Of a stretch of 64,000 nucleotides of DNA, positions 52,724-64,000 are shown in pieces. The DNA is from Mizuhopecten yessoensis (lineage: Eukaryota). Within the stretch, counting starts at the first letter, position 1, and each line of letters begins with the position of its first letter. The stretch is taken from NCBI RefSeq assembly GCF_002113885.1, contig NW_018403356.1:189670-253669 (forward strand), written 5' to 3'. The translations under genes and the position numbers were made by a program. Under the pieces are notes generated by a model that saw only the letters and a program-made list of their open reading frames with translations, searched no databases and was not told where the DNA came from.

Positions 52724-54879
52724 CTATTTTTAAGAAGAATGACCCCATGAATAAAGAAAATTACAGGCCTGTTAGCATTTTACCCACTCTTTCAAAAGTA
52801 TTTGAAAGAATTGTACATACTCAACTTAGTGATTTTTTTAGTATAGTTTTTAACCCTTATTTAGCAGCTTTCAGAAGGGGTTTCGGTGCCAGTCTACTCA
52901 GCTTCGTCTACTTGAGGATTGGCGTCGGGGCATGGATGATCGTCAGTATATTGGAGCAATTCTCATGGATCTGTCCAAGGCCTTTGACTGTATCCCAAAC
53001 AATCAACTACTGGAGAAGCTGTGAGCCTATAGGCTGGATGAGACTGCAGTCAGTTTCATCGGCAGCTACCTCAGTGGCAGACAGTAGCGGATTAGACTTG
53101 GCCCCGATGTCGGCGATTGGAAGCTGCTGAGGAAGGGAGTTCCCCAGGGGTCTATTGTCGGCCCACTGATTTTTAACATTTTTCTTAATGACATTTTTAC
53201 GTTTCTAAAAGACTGCGATTTTTACAATTATGCTGATGGCAATACCCTTTCATATATCAGCAACTGTTCTTCAAACTTTAAACTTACTCTAGAAAAAGAA
53301 AGCAAATTTTTACTAAACTGGTTTTCAGCAAATGGTATGAAAGCAAATCCTAGCAAATTTCAGGCCATATGTATAGGGGAAAAAAACTGTGACAACATTA
53401 AATCCTTTTCTATTGGAGACCAGGTAATTGATTGTAAAAATAGTGTTACTCTGCTAGGTGTGGAGATTGACTCTTTATTGAATTTTATGACCATGTATCT
53501 AAGATCTATAGAAAGGCCTCCAAACAATTAGCTTTTATTTCATCTATTTTTAATTACTGCCCCCTAGCCTGGCATTTGTGTAGCCTCAGAAACACTCGAA
53601 AGATGGAAAAGATACAGGAAAGAGCACTGCGTTTTATTGAAAACGATTGTACCTCACCTGTGATAGATATTTTACGCAGAAACAATCTCACATTTTTACA
53701 CGTTGTTAGAATGAAGACTATGGCTACAAGAGTCTTTAAATTTTTAAATGGGTTAGCTCCAGATTTTTTTAAATAATTTGATTGTTAAAAATAATCTTGA
53801 ATATAATTTCAGGCAAGAGAACACCATTCAGGTACCAAGAGTTAACACAACAAGGTATGGAAAAAAGTCTTTTCGTTTTGAGGCTGACCAAGTGTGGAAC
53901 AATTTGCCGAATGAACTGGGGAAATTAAAAAATTTCCAGAGCTTTCGCAGACTGCTGCACACTTGGGACGGCCAGTTGTGATCATGCGCCATATGTAACT
54001 AGTCTTGTTTGTTTGTTGGCTCTCCAGCTCAAGGTTGGTGCCAGAACTATTGAGACTGTTCCAGCTGTTAAAATTCTAGGGGTATATTTTGACAGTTCTA
54101 TGAACATAGAGAAACAAGTGAACGCTATTGCCAAATCCTGTTACTACCAGATCAGAAACATCGGCTGTATTCGACAGTTTCTAATGGCAGATACATGCAA
54201 GATTTTGGTGCATTCACATCTCGGTTGGATTATGGTAACGCCCTGCTCTGTGGTATATTTGACAAACTAACTAGTCGTCTGCAGAGGGTCCAGAACACTG
54301 CAGTACGGCTAGTAACTAGTAGTTACTCGTAATCGAAAGAGAGAGCACATCACACCTGCGCTTTATTCGTTGCACTGGTTACCTGTACGATACAGGTCGC
54401 AGTACAAAATTCCGGTATACACATACAAGGCACTGAATGGAACAGCTCATCAGTACCTACAGGAGCTTGTTATCCTGTATCAGCCGTCAAGATCACTGCG
54501 GTCGGAGTCAGAATCTTTGTTGTGTGTCCCAAAATCTCGTACTGTGACCTATGGAAACAGATGTTTTGTGAGGGTTTCGGCTACGTTGTGGAATAGCTTA
54601 CCATCTGCTATTAGGAAGTCAAATACCCTGGCCAAGTTCAAGAGGGACATAAAAACTCACCTCTTCACGTCTGCATTTTAGAATCTTTGCAAAGACGTCA
54701 TGTAAATACCACCCTTTTATTTGTTCAATTATGTGCACATTGCTTGTTAAATGTATGAAAGTGATTGCAAGCCTTTGTTGTTTGTTTTCACAATTATAAC
54801 CATTACTATTATCCATATGTTGTAAAGCGCCTTAGAGTAATTTTACAAATTATATAGGGCGCTATATAAATGTTGTATA

Positions 54880-54917
<38 letters not shown>

Positions 54918-55490
54918 TGTTNCGCTATATAAATGTTGTATATTATTATTATTATTATTATTATTTGTTCCAACCTTTTTTTTATCATTTCTATATTTAG
55001 CTTTTACCATGTCTTGTGATACCATGCTTCTATGCTTTTATTTCCTTTCATTTTTTGACACGTGCTCTTATTTACGCATTGTATGACTTACTCAATGCTT
55101 GTCAAATCATTTTTTTAATTTATGCGATATTAGCATATATTTGGTCAAGTTTTAACTCATGCCATATTGGCATTTATGTATATACTGAACCATGGTTTCT
55201 TAGTTTGTGAGCATGTGGCATGAATCTTTTGTGCAGCATCAATTTTAATATGTATTTTTATATATACTTTGCTCTGTACGTGCCAAGTTGTTTTTAATTA
55301 CTGCATGCTGTGATTTAATTTTTTCTTGTCTGTGTATTGTATAAACCTTGCTATATGCCTGTTGTTTTCTGCATGTTGTCTTATATACCCAGTTTTTATA
55401 CCTTTGTTTGTCGTAATAATAGCTCTACAGAGCTAATGTTTCCATTACAACATATAAAACTCTAAATAAAAAATCTTGCACCTTGTATCT
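52724..55490 (+). mobile_element. LINE B: 5'-truncated CR1/L2-group LINE inserted in the 3' part of LINE A
   Basis: IFKKND...NYRPVSILPTLSKVFE, DLSKAFD, GVPQGSIVGPLIFNIFLND, YADG, MKANPSKFQ; T-rich 3'UTR 54970-55490 ending aataaaaaatcttg..cttgtatct; tatctat at both junctions (52721-52727, 55486-55492). Confidence 0.85.
54018..54963 (+). mobile_element. LINE C: 5'-truncated L2-like LINE inserted in the 3'UTR of LINE B
   Basis: VKILGVYFD, LQRVQN, HITPALYSLHWLPV, RSLRS C-terminal motifs; 3' aagcgc..gggcgctatataaat and (tta)n tail; tttgtt at both flanks. Confidence 0.88.
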
Positions 55491-55776
55491 ATACCCTGCA
55501 CAAAACAAAAAACAAAACAAAATCTTATATCTTGTATCTATACCCTGCACACACACACACACAAAATCACTGTAAATAACCCCTTTTCATCCTCTGTTAT
55601 AGGACACCCGAGGGCATAATCATCAACACATTGATGGAGCCCCTGCAACCTAAAGAAGAAAGAAGAAGTATACGCTAGCTCAAAATGTGTATTCAATGAA
55701 AATCATTTTAACATTAATATCTTTTATGGTGTGCTACCACAATCACCCAGCTGTGGAACAGAGTTATCTCCTAACG

Positions 55777-55784
55777 CCGGAAGT
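55777..55784 (+). promoter_or_regulatory. ETS/GABP-type motif CCGGAAGT in the NAA40 promoter
   Basis: Exact consensus ~55 bp upstream of the NAA40 ATG in a CpG-containing patch. Confidence 0.5.
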
Positions 55785-55837
55785 AGATCTAGAGCTGCAC
55801 ACGAGGAAACCGCGGGAAACAGATATCAACAATAATA

Positions 55838-55843
55838 ATGGGG
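55838..55843 (+). CDS. NAA40: NAA40 exon 1 (MG)
   Basis: aataATGGGG|gtaatg. Confidence 0.8.
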
Positions 55844-58800
55844 GTAATGAATCTATCGAATGTTCCCGTGTGTTTAATGCTTTGTTAATTAGAAACTAAA
55901 TGAAGCTCTTCGTTTAACCTTCATTTCAATTGTTACATATATGCAAGGCCTTATGATCAGATCAGAGAGCTGTGGGATTTTTTGCCATGATCACATGTAC
56001 ATGCACAGGTGCTGCTGGCAAGCTTGAATGGAAATTTTGTTTTTTTGTACATGGAAGATAAGTGTAAGACTATCTCCCCATGTACACATGTCATCAAATA
56101 CCATCGGTATCTTTGAACTATATAAATATGTAATTTTAGTTTCTTGTTTTTGAAATTTTGTCAGTGATTTTGTTTTGTTGCAGAGAAAATCAGCAAAAGG
56201 AAAAGCAAAGAAACAGAAGAGGAAAGAGGTATACACTCTACAAAAACCTTGTAGTCATGTAATGGGCTACCTAAATAGCCTGTTAAAATCGTAACAGTAG
56301 AAAGGCAAATGATAACTTGTAGAAAAAACGATTGAACCACAGGTGTTTGAAATTCTGACTGTAAATTGAGATATATATATCATATAAAAATGGGTGTTAC
56401 TAGAAAAAAGAACAGTTCTCTTTTTATAATACCCTTATTTTGTTGTGATATATATCTCATTATACAGTCAGAATATCAAACACCTGTTTAGTAAAACCCT
56501 CATTTTTTTATGATACTGTATATATCAACTTGCAGTCAGAATTTAAAAACCTGATAACCTGTGATTTAACCTTGATCACAAACTTCGTAAACCATATAGG
56601 TACCAAATATCATGCATAAGAGAGAACAGTCAATACTAAATTTAATACACTACAAAGGTATGGAGCTTGTCCAGAAATGAACTTGGTGGTTATCAATTTC
56701 AGACTATCTTAGAAACAACAAACAGCAGTCAATTCTGATCAATTTTAAAGATCTGAAACATTATCTATTTACTGTAACTTTAAAGGAAAAGAATCTTAAT
56801 TATGTGTTCATCCCAAATGTTAATCTGTGAAACTTGGACAATTGAGCTTCATCGGAAAACTCTATGCCAAAAGTTATCTTCATGTTATGACGTTAACATA
56901 TATATTTTTAGGTTTGAATCCTTATACACTTGTATATATCACTTTCCTTAAAAAAAATACATTTTTCTGGGCACCAGCTGATATTTTCATTGTCAAAGAG
57001 TCATAGCTGTACAAGAAGGTTTGAAATATGTTGCCCAAATGTATATTCTTTCCTTGCAATTAGTAAAATACTATAAGCCTTGTTCTATTCTATATATGTA
57101 AATATTAATGATTCATCTAGGTCGTTCAAAGCTTAGTTAGAGATAACTACCAGTGGTTAGGTCCATTTTTAAAATATGAAGACAACAGAATCAAGAAAAT
57201 CTAATGAAAAATTATCTGGTTGATTTGTTGAAACAAGTAAGATTGATACATTTTGAAAATTTATTTCATTTTAAAAACTCTTTGCACCAATCTGCGTGAA
57301 TTTTTCACTAACCACTGGTGAAAAGTCGACCAACCTTTTGGGCAATTTGGGCTAGAAAAGATATCAGTAATGCCACTAATCGGGAACAAAGTCAGATTTT
57401 TCTCACTGAATTTGGAAAATTTACTACAGAAATGACACTTGCACTCAGTGGAACTCAGTATTATTCTGGGCTTTTTTAATTTTTATCCAAAACAGAAATA
57501 CGCTGATGCAAACAAAGTGCAAATGAATTGAAAATGTATATCAGTTTTGTCACTGGTAGGGGTGTGTGGTAGAATATCTGCTCAGAACAGCTGTTTTATA
57601 TTTTTCAGGAAAGTGCTAAATATGCAATGTCCTTTGCTAAAGTGGAAGCAGCAAATAAGGTATTTTGTAAAGAAGAGCATTGAGCAATAACATCGTGTCC
57701 ATAGTAACACAAAATGGAAGCTTTGTTTACTTAATATGGAACCTACAAGGAATGTTTGATACTTCCTTCAATATTTTCTCAAGTTATTTGTAAAAGCATA
57801 GACGATCTACTGTAAAATACATTTTCATGGAATCTGTATATATTGCTAAGAAAAATAATACATAAAATTGCCCAAAAATATTTTAAAATACTTCAAAAAT
57901 ATGTGCAGATTAAAATTTGATTCATACCGTTTTTGATGCATTTATATAAATATATATATATATCCCATATAGCAACTGATCACCATTGATGATATTTTTT
58001 CATGTTCAGTTCTTTGTTTGGACTATTTGTAGCTTCAGGTCCTATATTTAAAATATCTTTCCATTTAATTTTCAGATTAAAGATCCGCTAGATTTGGTGG
58101 CACCTTTCAGAAAATTTGAAAGAAATGGGTAATAATTTTAATCTTTGAAAAAATATAAACAGCAATTTTTTTTCTGGCATGTATTTATACGGCTGAAAAA
58201 GATGTGTAACTTTGACATTGTTTAAAGGAAATGTAGAGAATAATTAAAGAAATTAATAATTGAAACAGAAAGATCAGATTAAGCTATTGGAAAAACCATG
58301 TGCTAACTATTCAAAGGGAAGAAACTCATGACAGTGACCCGATTTTGCATCAAAAAAAGTGAGAGAGAAAACGAGGAACAATTGTGTTTATCAGTTTTGT
58401 CGTACATTTGCTTGGGACCCTGTTTTCGAAAAAGCTAGCCCAAGTACTGCACAATTTCTGATGAAGTTTTTTGTAGCAGCTAGAAATGAAAAATTATTGT
58501 GCGCAGTATACTGTAAAACCACAGATATAAAAATACAATGCATGCTGCATATGCAGTGGCCATTTTGAGATATTCCTGCCAAATTAAATGGTCTAACCAT
58601 ATTCATATTTGGTAGAAACCCCTTACTTCATCAATAAAAAACAATCGAGCATTCTGTCTGAAGGGTTTTAGGTAAATTACATGATGAATCCCAAAATGAT
58701 CTTTAAAGGTGTGGTGTATGGACAGGGGAGGTAATGCAGTACCTATTGTTTACCATTTCTATTATGAGATTTATAATCACTATATATATTATATATAGTG

Positions 58801-61800
58801 AATAAATATCTCAAAATATAATATAATGAATGATCCAGGGCCGTGAGGTTAAGGTATCGGACTATCTATGATCACTAGCCCTTCACCACTAGGTCACAGG
58901 TTTGAGCCCTATGTGGAGCAGTGGCCAGGTTGTGGTTTTCCTTCACCACCAACACCTGGCACATCCTTAAAAGACCATAGCTGTTGATAAGACATAAAGC
59001 ATAAACAAGCCATTAATAATCTATCGGTTAAATTGGACAGGATTTACTGTCGGACTAGGTGTATATTTAATTGGGTTATGAAATAATATATAGTTTATGT
59101 ATATGGACATGTTACTTAAATTATTATACTAGTCTAGAATAGAAACAACTGGTGTGTAATACACTACAACAATGTTGTGTTAAGATGACTATGTGTTTTA
59201 CTTTCTTCTCTCAGGATAAGTCTGAAGGTAGAGTTTTTCCGAGCTCAGGATCTGACTCAGGAAATGACTGATTGGGTTTTTGACCTCACAAAGAAGAACA
59301 TGCAGAAGTTGTAAGTTTAGAAAGAAAAAAGCAGCTTAAAAATTGGACTAGATCCAAGTATTTGGTCAGTGTATAACCATTATATTATGTCACAATCAAA
59401 AGCCAAGCCAGAATGGCTTTGTGAAGTGCTGCTGCTCCAGTTTCATAAAACAGATAAATGACAGGTATTACTGTTAGAAAGCAGGTTTGGATAACTGAGA
59501 TCCAGAAACACGATTTTAACAGTTTGAATTAATAAAAACAAATTTGGCTACAACTTGATCTCCATATATATAGATACAGCAATAGCTCTTTTGTTTGATG
59601 TTTCCATAGATATGAGGAGAGCGATTGGGGCTGGAAGGACAGGGAAAAGCTAGAAGAGATGACAGAAGAAAAAGCACTCTACCTCATTGCCTTGGATTCA
59701 GAATCTAAACCTGTGGCATTTACACACTTCAGATTTGATATGGAGTGGGACGAAGAATTAGTTTACTGGTATGTTTGATTCTTTCTTTTATAATTTACTG
59801 GAAATGTAGGTTCTTGTGTTAATACTTAAAACATTAGACAATATAAAAACGTTTATGAAGATGAACATAGATTCTGAGGGCTATTCGAGATAATATGGCA
59901 GGGAGGCATGTTTTAGTAACTCCAGCAACCATCATGTTTAAGTCCTGGAGCCTATTACTGTCAGCGAAAACCAAGTGTGGACGATTTTATTTGATGATTT
60001 GATTGTTGAGTTGCATCAGTAACTTTGCAGGGTTGGGTAATTGATCATCAATGTTGTTCATTACTTTGATAATGTATCGACGGCTCTCATTGGATGCATT
60101 GAAAATGGGCAGCACTTTCTAGTTGCATAGTGTGTGATGTGTGATTATGAAGGTAACGTGCACAGAATCAACATGGACAACTCAAAATCGGCAGATGACT
60201 TTGTCGAAAGTTTGGACCCAGGTCTAACATACAAGGATGAACTGTACATGGGGTCGGTTACAAGCGAACGAACATTACAATTCCTGGGACCTAGAGAGGT
60301 CCACATTATGCAAATCCCGGATGTATAATTAACCTGCGTGCGGCAGCTGCCATCATTAAGGACATCTACTGCTATAACATAAGAGTTGGTCGGCCTTTTT
60401 TCTATCGGATATGATTTTTCCGACTGCAACCTCTTATTTCCGAAGCACTAATTCTTTGATGCAGATTCCGCCCGAAATGCGGGCGGAACAAAATCGTCTT
60501 AAAAAACTCACTTTAGTTGTTCACAGTGTATGACAACGATGTCTACTCATGGTTCATATAATATTTATCCCATATGTATGCCACAGACACAAAGATATAG
60601 TATATTATGGAATAGAACACTCAAAATGCATGTCCATCTCTGACCTACTTTTACAACATGGCTTCTTCAGCTGTTGCAAAATATCAGAGGGGGTTTCAAA
60701 CGGAACGAAATGATACAGAGTTTGTTTGTATTCTGTTTGTAGAACATTGCATGTAATCCATTTTTGTATTAACAGGGAAATCACGGCCAATTCTGTCTGC
60801 TTCACTTCAAGCTCACTTCGAAAGAGGAAAAATTAATTATTTATGTCTTTGATACAAAATTCTTCTTATTTAATCATAGATTTATGGAAAGGAATATTTA
60901 TTGGACCCTGTTGAACATTTAAATGTATGTAAACACGCTACACTTTTTCTAAATCTGAATAACATGACGATTTTTTATTTTTTTCTCGTGTCAGTCTTTT
61001 GTTAACTAGTTACTTGTTGTCAGCACAGGGGATAGCTTTTGGAATTTTGAGTAATAAATTACGTAAATTGTAATAATTTCTGTTAAAAATCCCGAAATCG
61101 AGCCCCTGTGGGTGTCAGTAATCGGCACGTGCCTGTTGTGAGAAGCCCTGTCATCTCACCTGCTGTGCGACTATAATTACACTGAGCGGCTTATAATTGG
61201 ATGTCAATCACACTGAAGAGAACGCCTGGCTGAAACGTAGTGGACCAATCAAAGCTAGCGTTACATGTCCACTGAGGACATCGTACAATTACAATGACAC
61301 GAGGTATTTGTTCAAGCAACTTGTCAAGTCATCAAAGGAGCTTGCGGTAGTTAAAAATCAAATGACTTGCTGTACGCCGACTGTTAACAAATGTTAACCC
61401 GCTGTCTAGGTCTAAGGGACATACTGCATTATTATTTAGCAGCTGTTGTGATCTGATGATCAGAAAAGATGATTAAAATGTGCTTGGTACCATATGTATG
61501 ACCAGTTCTATTCATAAAAAATGTATAAAGATACCCTCTGATTTCTTACAGTTATGAACTCCAGGTAATCGACGAATACAGAAGGAAGGGTATTGGGAAG
61601 TTTTTAATACAGATTTTGGAATTATTGGCATATAAGTAAGTACAAAATGAATATAAGTACTTGACTCATATTCTGGTAATAGGCCTAGGTCTGTCATTCA
61701 AATCAGGAAACGTTTTATTGCTTAACTCAGTCACCCCTGAAGACACATTTGAACTTTTCCAATTCAAAGGTAGGAATAGTTCATTATGAAATTTCAGGGA

Positions 61801-63693
61801 TGAATGAGTTAAATTTGTTTTTTGTATTTTCTCTCTTTTTGAATGCTTGGACCTATTGTAATTTGCTGAGACATGATCATGAACTATACATAGTACATAG
61901 AACAAAAAACCCAACTACATTCATTCAATTTGAATCATGATATTGTTAGCATAGTCTATATTATCTTGGTCTGAATATTGTTCCACACTTGGTATAAAAT
62001 TACCGTGCATCTAGGTGGTTTCAATTGAGTAAGTTTGGCTTGGTTTGTTAGTGTTTTATGTCCTATTAACAGCTATGGTCATTGAAGGACATGCCAGGTT
62101 TTGGTCAATTGAATAAGCCTTATAACTTCAGACTGATTCAAGTAGGTTGATCAATTAGTGTGACTAACTTATATAGCGTACCTTATTTAATATTTTCTTG
62201 ACATGTAAGAAATGACATCAATGCCCAATAAACAAACATTGTTATTAATTTAGAGCTTCTGTGTAAATTGTGACATCATAATGAGGCTGAATGACCTTGA
62301 AGAAAACCTAGAAAGACAAATGTCAGATTGCTGAGATCTGGAAAAAATTGTACAATTTACACAACACATTTGGATAAATTTCATGTAATAAAGAAAAACC
62401 TTCAGTTTACTTCCAGATGATAAAATGTGTGCAAAAGATCAAATTCCTTATGGTTGCAAATTCACAACTTATTTCATAAATGTGACAAAGAATGAAAAGT
62501 ATTTTGGGTTCTTGGTATTGTTATAAAATTTTAATGACGTCCACATTAAAATAAAATCATGCTGTCTTTAATTTCCAGAACTGAGATGGTTAAAGTCATG
62601 CTAACCACTTTCAAGAGCAACAAGATTGGAGAAACTTTCTTCATGAAAGCTATGAAGTAAGTTCTGTATGCTGTAAACAAAAGAAAATAGTCTTATACAT
62701 GTACATAACCTGAAGGGTCAAGCGAGCTGATGCCATTGCGCAGCATCTGTCCATCGTCAACTCTTCCTAAAAGACTACGTGCTAGCTCAAACTGCAGATC
62801 AGAACTCAATTTATTTGCTAGCATCTCCAGGCCGTGGTGTTCCTTTATACTAGTGCTTTGTCCAACTTTTGTTTGACGGTTAAAGATCTAGGCCCCTTTC
62901 GCAGATCAGAACTCAATTTCTTTGCTAGCATCTCCAGGCCGTGGTGTTCCTTTATACTAGTGCTTTGTCCAACTTTTGTTTGACTGTAGCTTAAAGATCT
63001 AGGCCGCTTTCGCAGATCAGAACTCAATTTCTTTGCTAGCATCTCCAGGCCGTGGTGTGCCTTTATACTAGTGCTTTTTCAAACTTTTGGCCCCTTTCGC
63101 ATATCTGGGTCAAACGGTTTGTCTGAATTTAAATGTAACATTTTCGTGTATAAATCCTGGCAGACCTGCAAATGCTTATTCAGGCCTTGCAAGGCTTTGT
63201 CAAGGCTCGCCTGAAAGTAGAATCAGATTACTAGATCTAACCTTATTCAGAAACGAACCACTCTGGATCAACTGGTTCAACCGTTGGGATCGCCATAAAT
63301 GAATGTGGCCCTAGTTTGCACATGTTGCACAAATGTAGATTATGTACACCATACTATCAAACTTGACTCCCAAGATATGTTGTTGGGCATACTTTAGTGT
63401 TATGTACTGTTCACAAATTTTTGTCTGGGATATATTCTTGGTAAACTATTGCTTGTGGAAAAAGATATGGCATTCAAAAAGTAATAGAGGAAATAGAACC
63501 TAATTTGTTTTAGTATAATTTACCTGTGTATATTTCCAGGTATACATTAGACGAAACCTCACCAGAGGATCCAGTCTGGGAGGAGACGGAATACAAATAC
63601 CAGATACTCAGTAAAGAAATCAAGCCGAAGCCAACCAGTAAAACCCAGGAGGAGGCTATGCAAACCTCACCTGTCAAGGCAGCATCAGCATAA
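55838..63693 (+). CDS. NAA40: N-alpha-acetyltransferase 40 (NatD, histone H4/H2A), complete; join(55838..55843,56184..56228,57609..57659,58076..58128,59215..59310,59610..59768,61552..61635,62579..62656,63540..63693), 241 aa
   Basis: Spliced protein [52 protein letters not shown]...[31 protein letters not shown]...[11 protein letters not shown]...VYCYELQV...[15 protein letters not shown]...[12 protein letters not shown]...DETSP...YQILSK matches NAA40 throughout. All eight introns are GT-AG and in phase (726 nt). Confidence 0.96.
56184..56228 (+). CDS. NAA40: NAA40 exon 2 ([15 protein letters not shown])
   Basis: ttgcag|AGA...GAG|gtatac. Confidence 0.9.
56340..56486. mobile_element. Palindromic MITE-like hairpin in NAA40 intron 2
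   Basis: caggtgtttgaaattctgactgta...tacagtcagaatatcaaacacctg; a partial extra arm follows to ~56555. Confidence 0.75.
57149..57319. mobile_element. Possible small MITE
   Basis: 12-bp TIR accagtggttag / ctaaccactggt; no TSD seen. Confidence 0.35.
57609..57659 (+). CDS. NAA40: NAA40 exon 3 ([17 protein letters not shown])
   Basis: tttcag|GAA...AAG|gtattt. Confidence 0.9.
58076..58128 (+). CDS. NAA40: NAA40 exon 4 ([18 protein letters not shown])
   Basis: tttcag|ATT...AAT GG|gtaata. Confidence 0.92.
58838..59012 (+). mobile_element. Degenerate tRNA-derived SINE
   Basis: A-box-like ggccgtgaggttaagg, B-box-like ggtttgagccc, tail cctggcacatcctt...gctgttgataagacataaa; tail shared with 62037-62104. 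Confidence 0.7.
59215..59310 (+). CDS. NAA40: NAA40 exon 5 (ISLKVEF...[10 protein letters not shown])
   Basis: tctcag|G ATA...AAG TT|gtaagt. Confidence 0.95.
59610..59768 (+). CDS. NAA40: NAA40 exon 6 (YEESDWGW...EELVYC)
   Basis: ccatag|A TAT...TAC TG|gtatgt. Confidence 0.96.
61552..61635 (+). CDS. NAA40: NAA40 exon 7 (YELQV...RRKGIGK; acetyl-CoA motif A)
   Basis: ttacag|T TAT...TAT AA|gtaagt. Confidence 0.96.
62037..62104 (-). mobile_element. 3' fragment of the same SINE
   Basis: Reverse complement ccaaaacctggcatgtccttcaatgaccatagctgttaataggacataaaac aligns to 58950-59005. Confidence 0.7.
62579..62656 (+). CDS. NAA40: NAA40 exon 8 ([14 protein letters not shown]...AMK)
   Basis: ttccag|A ACT...ATG AA|gtaagt. 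Confidence 0.95.
62705..63110 (-). mobile_element. HINE-like element with three ~107-111-bp tandem units
   Basis: gcagatcagaactcaattt..tttgctagcatctccaggcc at 62794, 62901, 63012, preceded by a terminal-like acctgaagggtcaagcgagct..ctgtccatcgtc. Confidence 0.6.
63540..63693 (+). CDS. NAA40: NAA40 exon 9 (YTLDETSP...VKAASA*)
   Basis: ttccag|G TAT...GCA TAA. Confidence 0.94.
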
Positions 63694-64000
63694 CTATAGT
63701 CCTACCATTACACTCGACTCCTTGTTGGAAACCTAACACTCAACTCCTCCTCTGGAAAACCTAAACAGACTCAGCAAGTGTTCTCAAAGTATGATAAGAG
63801 ATAATTGATGTTAATATATGACATTTTAAAAAAGAGAACTGCAATTGTCAGAATTAAGGATGGCCATTTCTGACCAAGATAATGGCCATTCTTGTCGGAT
63901 AAGTCTTGTTTGTCTTACAAACAAAGGAAATGAGACAGACTGGAAGAATTGCTCATGCATTTCATTGGTTAGGGATTTGAAAAGAATCTGCTTTAAACCA

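Larger units (their letters stand above)
45902..55668 (+). mobile_element. LINE A: degenerate CR1-like non-LTR retrotransposon (APE endonuclease + RT), split by nested insertions
   Basis: EN motifs INFQSI, GTETW, YRKDR, YYRPP (45902-46320); RT motifs WKNANVTPVFKKG, NYRPISLT, DFAKAFD, GPLLFLIFIND, RLFAD, VRPKLEY (50500-51650); 3' part 52394-52727 and 55493-55668 ending in (gaa)n; many frameshifts and stops. Confidence 0.9.

Noticed and set aside
54843-55086. Poly-N / poly-L ORFs and a duplicated L2 tail
   Set aside because: This is the (tta)n LINE tail. The duplicate lies across a single N near 54922, typical of a scaffold overlap artefact.
58838-58915. tRNA gene
   Set aside because: Only degenerate A/B boxes and no cloverleaf; continues into a SINE body and tail.
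61450-61545. C/D box snoRNA candidate (tgatga ... ctga) in NAA40 intron 6
   Set aside because: No terminal stem, and the ctga is 10 nt from the acceptor, within the splice-signal zone.

Overview
AT-rich, intron- and repeat-rich animal genomic DNA. The style of its SINE, Helentron-like and CR1/L2 repeats suggests a bivalve mollusc, possibly a scallop (inference). Two complete housekeeping genes can be spliced by hand on the + strand: SNRPD2 (Sm D2; 3 coding exons, 586-5242, 119 aa) and NAA40 (N-alpha-acetyltransferase 40/NatD; 9 coding exons, 55838-63693, 241 aa). Between them, on the - strand (~10.5-39 kb), lies a gene I cannot name and that the ORF track largely misses. It encodes a small Pro/Arg/Gly/Tyr/Ser-rich protein. 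It has at least three alternative first exons that all end in phase 2, RFX X-box motifs, a common exon, a cassette exon, two apparently paralogous middle exons of different exit phase, and several alternative terminal exons; this is the most interesting feature. A ~9.8 kb nest of four retrotransposons ends ~170 bp before the NAA40 start codon: a CR1-like LINE containing a gag-less Ty3/Gypsy element, a new 44-bp satellite, and a second LINE that contains an L2. The rest is about ten unrelated tandem arrays, several MITEs, Helentron-like elements and SINE copies. No rRNA, tRNA or CRISPR arrays. All splicing models come from splice signals and reading frame only, with no transcript data.
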